The position numbers and the translations under genes are program-made. This document shows positions 1 to 7,773 of a stretch of DNA of 53,565 nucleotides, in pieces. This DNA is from Thermoanaerobaculia bacterium (GTDB lineage Bacteria > Acidobacteriota > Thermoanaerobaculia > Gp7-AA8): assembly GCA_036009105.1 (NCBI GenBank), contig DASYMJ010000109.1, positions 1 to 53,565 of the forward strand, read 5' to 3'. The notes beneath the pieces are model-generated. The model saw only the letters and a program-made list of their open reading frames with translations. It made no database searches and was not told where the DNA came from. Every line of letters starts with the position of its first letter. Position 1 is the first letter of the stretch.

Positions 1-600
1 TTTCAGGAGTTGCGCGTCGATCGAGTCGCCGGCGATCGTCAGCGTGCGCTGGTCTTCCTCGGTCGGGTAGCGGCCCTTCATGACGCAGAAGTCGGTCGTG
101 CCGGCGCCGATGTCGATGATCATCGTGTGCAGCAGCGCGTCGAGTCCATACGCGACGGCGAACGGCTCGGTCACGATCAGCAGGCTGTCGACGATGCCTT
201 TCATGGCGTTGCGCAGGTACTGCTTGTTCGTGCGCAGCGCGGCGGCCGGCACGCCGACCACGGCGCGCACCCGCGAGCTGCTCACCCGCCCGTTCGTGCT
301 CACCCCGACCAGCCCCAGGAGATGCTTGAGCAGCTCGCGGACGGCTTCCACGTCCTTCTCCGACCCTTCCTTGAGCAGGCCGCGCTCGAGCGGGCGGTGG
401 AGGTCGAGCATGGTGCGGTTGGCCACCGCCTCGTGGCCGATCAGGACGCTGCGCTTGAGGACTTTGCGCGCCACCATGTCCACCGGCCAGCCGACGAAGC
501 TGTCCACCAGGAAGCGCTCGCCGTTCGAGCCGGAGATGGCGCTGCGCGAGGTGCCGAGGTCGATGCCGACGTGGAGGAGCTCATTGGAGTCATTCAGCAT
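1..600 (-). CDS. MamK-like bacterial actin (MreB/MamK family ATPase), C-terminal part beyond the window edge
   Basis: Manual translation from ATG at 600, open to base 1: MLNDSNELLHVGIDLGTSRSAISGSNGERFLVDSFVGWPVDMVARKVLKRSVLIGHEA...VRAVVGVPAAA...IVTEPFAVAYGLDALLHTMIIDIGAGTTDFCVMKGRYPTEEDQRTLTIAGDSIDAQLLK. Actin phosphate-1 (GIDLGT), connect-1 (EPF) and phosphate-2 (DIGAGTTD) motifs are present. Purine-rich RBS (GAAGGGA) upstream. Not in the ORF track because it has no stop in the window. Confidence 0.88.
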   Translation of the reverse strand, partial: MLNDSNELLHVGIDLGTSRSAISGSNGERFLVDSFVGWPVDMVARKVLKRSVLIGHEAVANRTMLDLHRPLERGLLKEGSEKDVEAVRELLKHLLGLVGVSTNGRVSSSRVRAVVGVPAAALRTNKQYLRNAMKGIVDSLLIVTEPFAVAYGLDALLHTMIIDIGAGTTDFCVMKGRYPTEEDQRTLTIAGDSIDAQLLK

Positions 601-614
601 TCCGAAACTTCCCT

Positions 615-1601
615 TCATCCTTGATTCGCATACGACCGGATGCCGTGAAACAGCGCCTCCGCTATCTGCTGGCGATATTCGGCCCTTCCCAGCATGGAAG
701 CTTCCTTCTCATTGGAAAGGCATCCCACCTCGGCCAGGATGGCCGGCATCTCCGTCGCCACCAGGACGATGAACGGCGCGCGCTTCACCCCCCAGTTCTC
801 CAGCCCCGGATCGGACTTGCGCAGCTTCGTGAAGAGCTGCTGCTGGACGGCGGCGGCGAGCCGCTGCGACTCGCTGCGCCGCGCGTCGGCATAGACGCCG
901 TCGAGCAGCTTGCGCAGGTCGGCCAGCGAGTAGCCGGAGAGGCGGTTCTCATCCGCCGCGAGGCGGGTCAGCGAGGGATCGCTGGTGGGCCCGAGGTAGT
1001 AGGTCTCCACGCCGTGGCTGGCGGTGTGGGCCACGATGGAGTTGACGTGGATGGAGACGAAGATGTCGGAGGAGGACTCGTTGGCCAGCCGGGCCCGGTC
1101 GCGCAAGGGGATCAGCTTGTCGCCGCCGCGCGTGATCACCACCTGGAAGCCGTTCTTCTCCAGCATGGCTTTCAGGCGCGTGGCGACGTCGAGGGTGATG
1201 TCTTTCTCGGCCAGGCGGACGATGGAGGTGCCGGGGTCGGCGCCGCCGTGGCCGGCATCGATCACCACGCGCTTCACGGCCAGCGAAAAGGCGTGCGTGT
1301 CGAGCGGGGCCAGCGAGTCGACCGTCGGCCGCGCATTCGGCCGCGGCCGTGGATCAGCGGGAAGGACGGCGGCGCTGGCGATGGTGTCGTGCGGCTGGGC
1401 GGCAGGGCCGCCGTTGAAGTAAGTGGAGGCGGCGAGGGTGATCGGCACGAGGAGCAGCGGCGCGCGGCGGAGCCACATTTTGAGGATCCGGTTGGCGGGG
1501 CGCAGCGCGCGCGGCGGCCCTCCCCGCATCGTGTCGAGGTTCTCCGCGACCGCCTCTGCGAGCAGCCGCCGCTTCACCCGATCGACCGATTCCCGCCCCA
1601 T
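615..1601 (-). CDS. N-acetylmuramoyl-L-alanine amidase (Amidase_3) with an N-terminal membrane anchor
   Basis: Motifs VVIDAGHGG, AEKDITL, FVSIHVNS and ILAEVG supply the H/E/H zinc ligands and catalytic Glu. Start placed at ATG 1601 (MGRESVDRV), 8 nt after a TAGAAT box. Confidence 0.9.
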   Translation of the reverse strand: MGRESVDRVKRRLLAEAVAENLDTMRGGPPRALRPANRILKMWLRRAPLLLVPITLAASTYFNGGPAAQPHDTIASAAVLPADPRPRPNARPTVDSLAPLDTHAFSLAVKRVVIDAGHGGADPGTSIVRLAEKDITLDVATRLKAMLEKNGFQVVITRGGDKLIPLRDRARLANESSSDIFVSIHVNSIVAHTASHGVETYYLGPTSDPSLTRLAADENRLSGYSLADLRKLLDGVYADARRSESQRLAAAVQQQLFTKLRKSDPGLENWGVKRAPFIVLVATEMPAILAEVGCLSNEKEASMLGRAEYRQQIAEALFHGIRSYANQG

Positions 1602-1612
1602 CCCGCCACATT

Positions 1613-2545
1613 CTAACGTTTTAGCGGCTCGATGACGCTGTAGCGCCTCGTGGCCCCCACCCACGGGTCGACCAGCGAGACCTTGATGGTGTGGGGCAGC
1701 TTCGCCCCGGCGGCCTCCCGGTAGTCGGAATAGTCGGTCTGCTGCGGGATGCGCCCGATCGGCGTATCGGTGAGGACGACGCGGCGGATGAGCAGGCCGT
1801 CGGCGTCGAAGGTGAAGCGCTGATTGCCCGCGGCGAGGGTGGTGGCGTCGATCGCTCTGGCATCGGCCGGGATGTCTCGCGGCCTGATGAAGGCGAAGGC
1901 GCCGGCCAGCTGGTGCATGTTCTCCAACTGCCCGGCATTCATCGGCTTGCCGTTCACCGTGCCTTCCGTCGCGCCGAAGTCCTGCTCCACCTGGCCCACC
2001 TTCACCTGAAAGTGCTCCCCCTGCTGGGCGATCTCCAGCGGCTCCTGCTTGCCGTCCCATCCCTCCCGCGTCCCTTTCAGGGTGAGGTTGCCCAGCTTCG
2101 AGGTGTCGCCGATCGCGGCCGCATAGCGGGCGATGACGTCCTTCGGCGCCGGGCGCTGCGGCTTGTCCGGGGCGGGGGTGGGGAAGGGGGGCGCGGTCTG
2201 CGGCAGCGCCACGAGATTGACCGGCTTGAGCGCGCCGCGGTGGCAGGTGTAGCAGGAGACCACCGGCCGTCCCCCGAACGATTTCTCATTGAGCTCCCTG
2301 GTCAGGGCGATCATTTCCCGCCCCCGCTTCTTCTCCGGCTTCGCATCGCTGGCAAAGTCCCAGCCGTCTTTGTCGCTCACCACGTGGCAGTAGTCGCAAT
2401 GCGTGCCGATGGAGGCGCGCATCATGTTCATGGTGCGCTGGAGCTGGATCGGGGTGAGCCCCTCGAGCAACTGCACGTTTTTCGGCTGCTGGGCAAAGAG
2501 CGGCGCGGCGGCGATGAGCGCGGCGAGATACGCAAGCTTTCGCAT
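1613..2545 (-). CDS. Secreted diheme c-type cytochrome (photosynthetic reaction-centre cytochrome c subunit-like N-terminal domain)
   Basis: Signal peptide, PKNVQLL motif, two CxxCH sites (CDYCH, CYTCH), and an MNMM segment before the first heme as a candidate axial Met. Confidence 0.8.
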   Translation of the reverse strand: MRKLAYLAALIAAAPLFAQQPKNVQLLEGLTPIQLQRTMNMMRASIGTHCDYCHVVSDKDGWDFASDAKPEKKRGREMIALTRELNEKSFGGRPVVSCYTCHRGALKPVNLVALPQTAPPFPTPAPDKPQRPAPKDVIARYAAAIGDTSKLGNLTLKGTREGWDGKQEPLEIAQQGEHFQVKVGQVEQDFGATEGTVNGKPMNAGQLENMHQLAGAFAFIRPRDIPADARAIDATTLAAGNQRFTFDADGLLIRRVVLTDTPIGRIPQQTDYSDYREAAGAKLPHTIKVSLVDPWVGATRRYSVIEPLKR

Positions 2546-2615
2546 GCCGAAGAGGGTAGGCGCACCGCGCGGCGTGGTGCTGTGACGGTGGGGTGACGGG
2601 ATGTGTCGGGGAAAC

Positions 2616-2676
2616 AGCTATCAGTTATCGGTTGTCAGTAGGACCGTCGCTACCGACAACTGACAACCGACAACTG
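2616..2676. repeat. Heptamer-periodic inverted repeat, family A (GTTGTCR)n-GTAG...CTAC-(YGACAAC)n
   Basis: Left arm agctatc agttatc ggttgtc agtag; right arm ctac cgacaac tgacaac cgacaac. Intergenic between divergent genes. Confidence 0.8.
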
Positions 2677-2709
2677 CCCCGGGCGGCTATCCTGCAATAC
2701 TCTCCCTCC

Positions 2710-3747
2710 GTGCCCGACATGAACATCCGCGTCCCCTTCGCCACGCTCCTCAAGATCGCCCTCTTCTGCCTCCTCGCCCTGGCCATCTACGAGCTCTATG
2801 CGGTGCTGGTCATGGTCGTGGTGGCCGTGCTGCTGGCGGTGATGCTCGCGCCGGCGGTCCGCTTCATGACCCGCCATCGCATGCGGCGCGGCCTGGCCAT
2901 CGGCGTCATCGCCATGGTGCTGTTCGGGCTCCTCGGCTTTTTCTTCGCCGTGATCGTGCCGGCCATGGGGCGGCAGGTGAAGGAGCTGAGCGGCGAGTTG
3001 CCGAAGGTCTCCCAGCAGGTCATCCAGCGTTTCCCCATGACCGCGCCGCTGCTGCAGGACGCGCAACGCCGGCCGGACGTCGCGCAGATGAAGGCCTGGC
3101 TCCTGCGCGGCCTGGTGGCGAGCCAATACGCGCTCGAGGCTTTGACCGCGATCATCCTCGTGCTCGTCATCACCCTGTATCTGCTGGTCGAAGGGGCGGA
3201 CATTTATGAATGGCTGGTCAGCTTCGCCAGGCCGGAGCAACGGCCGAGGTGGCGGCGCACGGCGGACGAGGTGGGCCAGGTGATCCTCGCCTACATGCGG
3301 GGGCAGGCCATCACCTGTTTCCTCTGCGGCGGCGTGGCGCTCGTCACGCTCACCGTGCTGCGCGTGCCGGCCGCATTGCCCCTCGCCGTGCTGGCGTTCT
3401 TCTGTGACCTCATCCCGGTGGTCGGCACCATCATCATGAGCGTTCCGGCCGTGCTGCTGGCCATGATGGTCGGCCCGGTCCAGGCCGTCACGGTGGTGAT
3501 CGTCTATGCCGCCTATCACCTCATCGAGAGCTACTGGATCATCCCCCGCATTTACGGCGGCCAGATGCGCCTCTCCACGCTCACCGTGCTGTTGTCCATC
3601 ACCGTCGGCGCGGCGCTGGCCGGCGCGGTCGGCGCCGTGCTCATCCTCCCCTTCGTGGCCGCCTATCCGATCGTGGAGCGCATCTGGCTCCGCCCTCATC
3701 TGCCGAAGGACACGGTGGAGCGGCACGAAGCCATAGAAGCCGATTGA
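2710..3747 (+). CDS. AI-2E (PerM) family transporter
   Basis: Multi-TM hydrophobic protein with YMRGQ, LIPVVGT, ESYWIIPRIYGGQMRLS and ILPF motifs. Start is GTG 2710 or ATG 2719. Confidence 0.88.
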   Translation: MPDMNIRVPFATLLKIALFCLLALAIYELYAVLVMVVVAVLLAVMLAPAVRFMTRHRMRRGLAIGVIAMVLFGLLGFFFAVIVPAMGRQVKELSGELPKVSQQVIQRFPMTAPLLQDAQRRPDVAQMKAWLLRGLVASQYALEALTAIILVLVITLYLLVEGADIYEWLVSFARPEQRPRWRRTADEVGQVILAYMRGQAITCFLCGGVALVTLTVLRVPAALPLAVLAFFCDLIPVVGTIIMSVPAVLLAMMVGPVQAVTVVIVYAAYHLIESYWIIPRIYGGQMRLSTLTVLLSITVGAALAGAVGAVLILPFVAAYPIVERIWLRPHLPKDTVERHEAIEAD

Positions 3748-3835
3748 GCGATCGGCGATCAGCGATCGGCGATCAGGAGATAAGGCGCCGCACGCCGGGT
3801 TTCTCCTGATCGCTGATCGCTAATCGCTGATCGCC
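3747..3835. repeat. Heptamer-periodic inverted repeat, family B (RGCGATC)n-AGGAGA...TCTCCT-(GATCGCY)n
   Basis: Four heptamers plus AGGAGA at 3747-3780, and TCTCCT plus four complementary heptamers at 3802-3835. Confidence 0.85.
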
Positions 3836-3913
3836 ACCATAGGTTAGAATCCCGTTTTCCTCCGCGCGCCGGCTTGTCGGCCGCGCCCGAACCAACCGAA
3901 GGAGCCCCACTGC

Positions 3914-5428
3914 ATGACCGCGACACTAGAAGCCCATAGTCAGAAGAACGTCCATCAATTCGACGCCGCGACGTCGACCGGCCGCGAGCCGTTCAAAGTC
4001 AAAGACCTGTCCCTGGCCACCCTCGGCCGCGCCGAGATCCGCCTGGCCGAGCACGAGATGCCCGGTCTCATGGCCGTCCGCGCCAAGTACGCCGCGCAGC
4101 AGCCGCTGGCCGGCGCCAAGGTGATGGGCTCTCTGCACATGACCATCCAGACCGCCGTCCTCATCGAAACGCTCCACCTCCTCGGCGCCGACGTGCGCTG
4201 GGTCTCCTGCAACATCTTCTCGACCCAGGACCACGCCGCCGCGGCGGTGGTGGTCGGCCGCCCCGAGAGCGGCGGCACGGCCGAGAACCCGCGCGGCATC
4301 CCCGTCTACGCCTGGAAAGGGGAGACGCTGGAGGAGTACTGGTGGTGCACCTCCGAGGCTCTGTTGTGGCCGGACGGCAGCGGCCCGACCCTGATCGTCG
4401 ACGACGGCGGCGACGCGACGCTCCTGGTGCACAAGGGCGTCGAGTTCGAAGGGAAGAACCACGTTCCCGATTTCAATCCGTCCGATGAGCCGGAAGAGTG
4501 GGGCGTCATCCTCGACCTGCTGCGCGCGGAACTGAAGCGCGATCCGCAGCGCTGGACGCGGGTGGCGAAAGACATCAAGGGCGTTTCCGAGGAGACGACC
4601 ACCGGCGTGCACCGCCTCTATCAGATGCAGGAGGCGGGCGCGCTGCTCTTCCCCGCCATCAACGTCAACGACTCGGTGACCAAGTCGAAGTTCGACAACA
4701 TCTATGGCTGCCGCCACTCGGTCATTGACGGCCTCAATCGCGCCACGGACGTCATGATCGCCGGCAAGCTGGCCGTGGTGGCCGGCTACGGCGAAGTGGG
4801 CAAGGGCTGCGCGCAGGCGCTCAAGGGACAGGGCGCGCGGGTGGTGGTGACCGAGATCGATCCGATCTGCGCGCTGCAGGCGGCCATGGAAGGCTTCGAG
4901 GTGCGCACGCTGGAGAGCGTGGTGGAGCGGGCCGACATCTTCGTCACCGCCACCGGCAACAAGGACATCATCACCGCCGACCACATGTCCCGCATGAAGC
5001 ACAATGCCATCGTCAGCAACATCGGCCATTTCGACAACGAGATCGACATGGCCGGCCTGCGGAAGTTCCCCGGCGTGAAGCGGGTGAATATCCGCCCCCA
5101 GTTCGACGAGTGGGTTTTCGCCGACGGCCATAGCGTCCTGATCCTGGCCGAGGGCCGCCTCATGAACCTCGGCTGCGCCACGGGCCACCCGTCGTTCGTC
5201 ATGTCCGCCTCTTTTACCAACCAGGTGCTTGCACAGCTCGCGCTGTGGAACAACACCGGGGAGTATCGGAAAGAGGTCTATGTGCTCCCCAAGAAGCTGG
5301 ACGAGGAAGTGGCCCGTCTGCACCTGGCGCACCTCGGGGTGGAGCTGACCGCGCTGACCTCCGACCAGGCCAGGTACCTCGGCATTCCGCCCGAGGGGCC
5401 GTTCAAATCCGACCATTATCGGTATTGA
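3914..5428 (+). CDS. ahcY: Adenosylhomocysteinase (SAH hydrolase)
   Basis: [58 protein letters not shown] and GHPSFVMS signatures; GAAGGAG RBS. Confidence 0.98.
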   Translation: MTATLEAHSQKNVHQFDAATSTGREPFKVKDLSLATLGRAEIRLAEHEMPGLMAVRAKYAAQQPLAGAKVMGSLHMTIQTAVLIETLHLLGADVRWVSCNIFSTQDHAAAAVVVGRPESGGTAENPRGIPVYAWKGETLEEYWWCTSEALLWPDGSGPTLIVDDGGDATLLVHKGVEFEGKNHVPDFNPSDEPEEWGVILDLLRAELKRDPQRWTRVAKDIKGVSEETTTGVHRLYQMQEAGALLFPAINVNDSVTKSKFDNIYGCRHSVIDGLNRATDVMIAGKLAVVAGYGEVGKGCAQALKGQGARVVVTEIDPICALQAAMEGFEVRTLESVVERADIFVTATGNKDIITADHMSRMKHNAIVSNIGHFDNEIDMAGLRKFPGVKRVNIRPQFDEWVFADGHSVLILAEGRLMNLGCATGHPSFVMSASFTNQVLAQLALWNNTGEYRKEVYVLPKKLDEEVARLHLAHLGVELTALTSDQARYLGIPPEGPFKSDHYRY

Positions 5429-5456
5429 GACGCACGGAATCAGAGATTGACCCGCT

Positions 5457-5483
5457 GGCGAGCCGATTTCGGCTCGCCTTTTT
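5457..5483 (+). terminator. Intrinsic terminator after ahcY
   Basis: GGCGAGCCGA-TT-TCGGCTCGCC inverted repeat followed by TTTTT. Confidence 0.85.
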
Positions 5484-5484
5484 G

Positions 5485-5531
5485 TTGACAATTGAACAAT
5501 CCTGCACAATTCTGTGTGCGTAATACGCACA
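5485..5531 (+). promoter_or_regulatory. Putative sigma70 promoter plus a palindrome ahead of the AT-hook protein gene
   Basis: TTGACA (5485-5490), 17 nt spacer, AATTCT (5508-5513). Perfect palindrome TGTGCGTA-A-TACGCACA (5515-5531) abuts the AAGGAGG RBS. Confidence 0.55.
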
Positions 5532-5541
5532 AGGAGGACAT

Positions 5542-6168
5542 GTGCCGCGACCGAGACGACAGGGAACATCCCAATCATCATCATTGACCCATGGGCAGTC
5601 CAGTTACGTGCTGCAACGGTTGATCAAGGACCGCCGGGTTTCCGCCGGCGACATTCAGCGCTACGTCGGCGAGATGGCCCGCGAGATTGAAAGCCTCGAG
5701 CAGCAACTCGCCTCACTGCGCGCCGCTCATGGCGGCACCGGCACTGGCTCCGGGACCGGCACGGGTACCGGCTCCGGTACGGGCGCGGGCACCGGCACCG
5801 GACGCCGGCGGGGCAGACCGCCCGGACGGCGCAGCGGCGCCGCGGCCGGTACGGGTGCAGGCGGCGGTACGGGCGCCGGCGCGCCGGCGCGCCGCCGCGG
5901 CCGTCCGCCCGCTTCGGCGGGCGCGCAGAGCGGTGGCGAAGGCGAGGGGACGGGCGGTGGCGAACAGGCCGGCGCCGGTCGTCGCGGCCGCCGTGGACGC
6001 CGCGCCGCAATCACCCCCGAGCAGCTCGCCTCGCGCCAGCTGCAGGGCCGCTACCTGGCGCTCATCCGCCAGGTGCCGGAGAACCGCCGCGCACAGTACG
6101 CCAAGATCGCCAAGGAAAAGGGCCGCGAGGCTGCCATCAAGGAGCTTCAGGACGTCGTCAAGAAGTAA
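5542..6168 (+). CDS. Hypothetical basic protein with a coiled coil, Gly/Thr linker and AT-hook motifs (candidate nucleoid-associated protein)
   Basis: AAGGAGG RBS, own terminator, two RRRGRPP motifs plus RRGRRGRR, heptad-like MAREIESLEQQLASLRAA, and TG-repeat linker. Confidence 0.75.
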   Translation: MPRPRRQGTSQSSSLTHGQSSYVLQRLIKDRRVSAGDIQRYVGEMAREIESLEQQLASLRAAHGGTGTGSGTGTGTGSGTGAGTGTGRRRGRPPGRRSGAAAGTGAGGGTGAGAPARRRGRPPASAGAQSGGEGEGTGGGEQAGAGRRGRRGRRAAITPEQLASRQLQGRYLALIRQVPENRRAQYAKIAKEKGREAAIKELQDVVKK

Positions 6169-6188
6169 GAAAAACGCGTTCCCGAGTC

Positions 6189-6218
6189 AAAAGAGGCGCA
6201 CATTCGTGCGCCTCTTTT
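6189..6218. terminator. Bidirectional intrinsic terminator
   Basis: AAAAGAGGCGCAC-ATTC-GTGCGCCTCTTTT. Confidence 0.85.
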
Positions 6219-6474
6219 GTTTTTATGCATCTTGAATGCGGACCGCAAAACGGTCTATGCCGCCGGCACGCCGCGCGCTTGAAAACTTCCATTGCACCGG
6301 ATAGTCATTTCCTCTTCTAGGTGCTGACCACGCGCGAATACATCACGGAGCGCATCGGTCTGGTCTTTCGTAACTGAGGTGAAGGATGCGTTGCCATTGC
6401 AGGCTGCATTGCGCACGTCTTCAGCCGCTATGAGAACGCGCCACGCGCACGAACGATGGCCACGTCACGATCCT

Positions 6475-6665
6475 CTAATGAACCCGCCCGGCCATTGCCC
6501 GATGGCAGGCGCTGGCACGCAAGCTCTCTATGTGCATTTCCATCGCTTCGCGAATGAGCTGCATGGCTTCATCCCGTGTTTCACCGACCGCAACACAGCC
6601 GGAAGATCGGGCACGTATGCGCGAAATGAGGTGTCGCCCCGCTCTACAATGACCAGGTATTCCAT
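6475..6665 (-). pseudogene. hicB: HicB-family antitoxin pseudogene (frameshifted)
   Basis: ATG 6665 gives MEYLVIVERGDTSFRAYVPDLP; after a 1-nt frameshift near 6599 the sequence continues CVAVGETRDEAMQLIREAMEMHIESLRAS, a typical HicB N-terminal pattern. Confidence 0.75.
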
Positions 6666-6669
6666 AGTG

Positions 6670-6850
6670 TTCGCCTAATCTGGCTTACTTGCAGACACTT
6701 CCGAGCGTGCCTGCCGGGACGTCGATGCTCGGCTTACTAGCGACTGTTACGGTTCCCGGCTTAGATGGTGCCTGAACGGACGGTGGCTGCCGCTGGTGCG
6801 CAGAGGAGCCGCGTTCTACTCTCAATAGACATAAGCGCTCCTCCTGACGC
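6670..6850 (-). pseudogene. hicA: HicA-family toxin pseudogene (frameshifts and a premature stop); boundaries approximate
   Basis: Fragments RTSGSHRPFRH and (S)KPGTVTVASKPSIDVPAGTLGSVCK* lie in shifted frames, with TAA at 6685-6687. GSH motif present; sits directly upstream of the hicB remnant. Confidence 0.7.
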
Positions 6851-6934
6851 CAAATCTCCCCTTATTGCACCGTCGTTTCTACAACCGCGAGAGCGGTCCG
6901 GGGGCCGAGGTAATCTCGGAGGCGGAGGTGCATC

Positions 6935-7300
6935 GTGCAGAACGCACAAGTCATTTCGATCCTGGAGTCCCTGGCCGGCGGCCTCGATCCCACCACTGGC
7001 GCCGCACTGCCGGCTGACCTGTTCCAGTCGCCCGACGTCATCCGGGCGCTGTCCGCGGCCGCGCAGGCACTGAAGCGCGACAACGCCCGCCCCCGCCTGG
7101 CCGCGGCGGGCGCGCGGTGGAACGCGGAAGAGGACGCGGCGGTGTGCCGCGAATACGACGAGGGAACTCCCGTGGCGCAGATCGCGCGGCAGCACAATCG
7201 GACGCCGGGCGCCATCAGGAGCCGCCTGGTGCACCTGGGGAGGATGGATCCGGGGACGGTGCGGGTGCGCGACAGAGGCCCGCATACAATGCCGCAATGA
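6935..7300 (+). CDS. Hypothetical protein with a C-terminal Myb/HTH-like motif
   Basis: GGAGG RBS; W-x2-EED...G...AQIARQHNRTPGAIRSRLVHLG pattern. Confidence 0.65.
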   Translation: MQNAQVISILESLAGGLDPTTGAALPADLFQSPDVIRALSAAAQALKRDNARPRLAAAGARWNAEEDAAVCREYDEGTPVAQIARQHNRTPGAIRSRLVHLGRMDPGTVRVRDRGPHTMPQ

Positions 7301-7767
7301 AGCACTGCAGCCTCCTCCTCGCCTGCCTCGCATTATTGCTGCTCGGCGCTTCCGCGCCGCGCGCGGCCGCATTTTCCAAGACGGCCGGCGGTCACCGCGA
7401 CGGCTACATCGTCCTGCTCCGGCTTCGCTATGACCTGTTTGCGCGGTGGAAGGCGAGCGGGAAGTGGCCCGACGACCCGGCGGCGAACGCGGCGCTGGAG
7501 GGGCACGTCCGGTACTGGGATGAACAGGTCCGGACGGGCAGAGCGCTCCTGGCGGGCGGGGTGAAGGGCGACTATTGGGACAACGCCGCCGTGATCATCA
7601 TCGATGCGGCCTCCGACGCCGAGGCCAGCTCCGTGGTGAACGGCGATCCGGCGGTCAAGGCGTACGTTTTCCAGGCGCAGGTGCGGCCCTTCGAAACGCA
7701 TTGGGTGAGCTCGAAATACTGGGGAGGGACAGAGGGAGAGCGGACCGCCGGCCGCCCTCCCCGATAA
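7297..7767 (+). CDS. Secreted YciI-like protein
   Basis: Signal peptide MKHCSLLLACLALLLLGA; AVIIIDAASDAEASSVVNGDPAVKAYVFQAQVRPF resembles the YciI C-terminus. ATGA overlap with the previous gene. Confidence 0.65.
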   Translation: MKHCSLLLACLALLLLGASAPRAAAFSKTAGGHRDGYIVLLRLRYDLFARWKASGKWPDDPAANAALEGHVRYWDEQVRTGRALLAGGVKGDYWDNAAVIIIDAASDAEASSVVNGDPAVKAYVFQAQVRPFETHWVSSKYWGGTEGERTAGRPPR

Positions 7768-7773
7768 AGCATG

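Noticed and set aside
10-772. Plus-strand ORFs 10-624 and 80-772
   Set aside because: Antisense shadows of the MamK-like and amidase genes; no motifs of their own.
1613-2545. Cytochrome as a magnetochrome (MamP/MamT/MamX)
   Set aside because: No PH motif before the CxxCH sites, and the overall pattern fits the reaction-centre-cytochrome-like diheme family.
2616-3835. Heptamer arrays as CRISPR repeats
   Set aside because: No unique spacers of regular length, the units are contiguous 7-mers, and there are no cas genes.
3836-3913. SAH or SAM riboswitch upstream of ahcY
   Set aside because: The leader is only about 60 nt after TAGAAT and I could not match the conserved riboswitch elements; an Rfam covariance search would settle it.
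6240-6470. AT-richer stretch with tiny ORFs after the terminator
   Set aside because: No recognisable protein or RNA motif; probably decayed sequence next to hicB.
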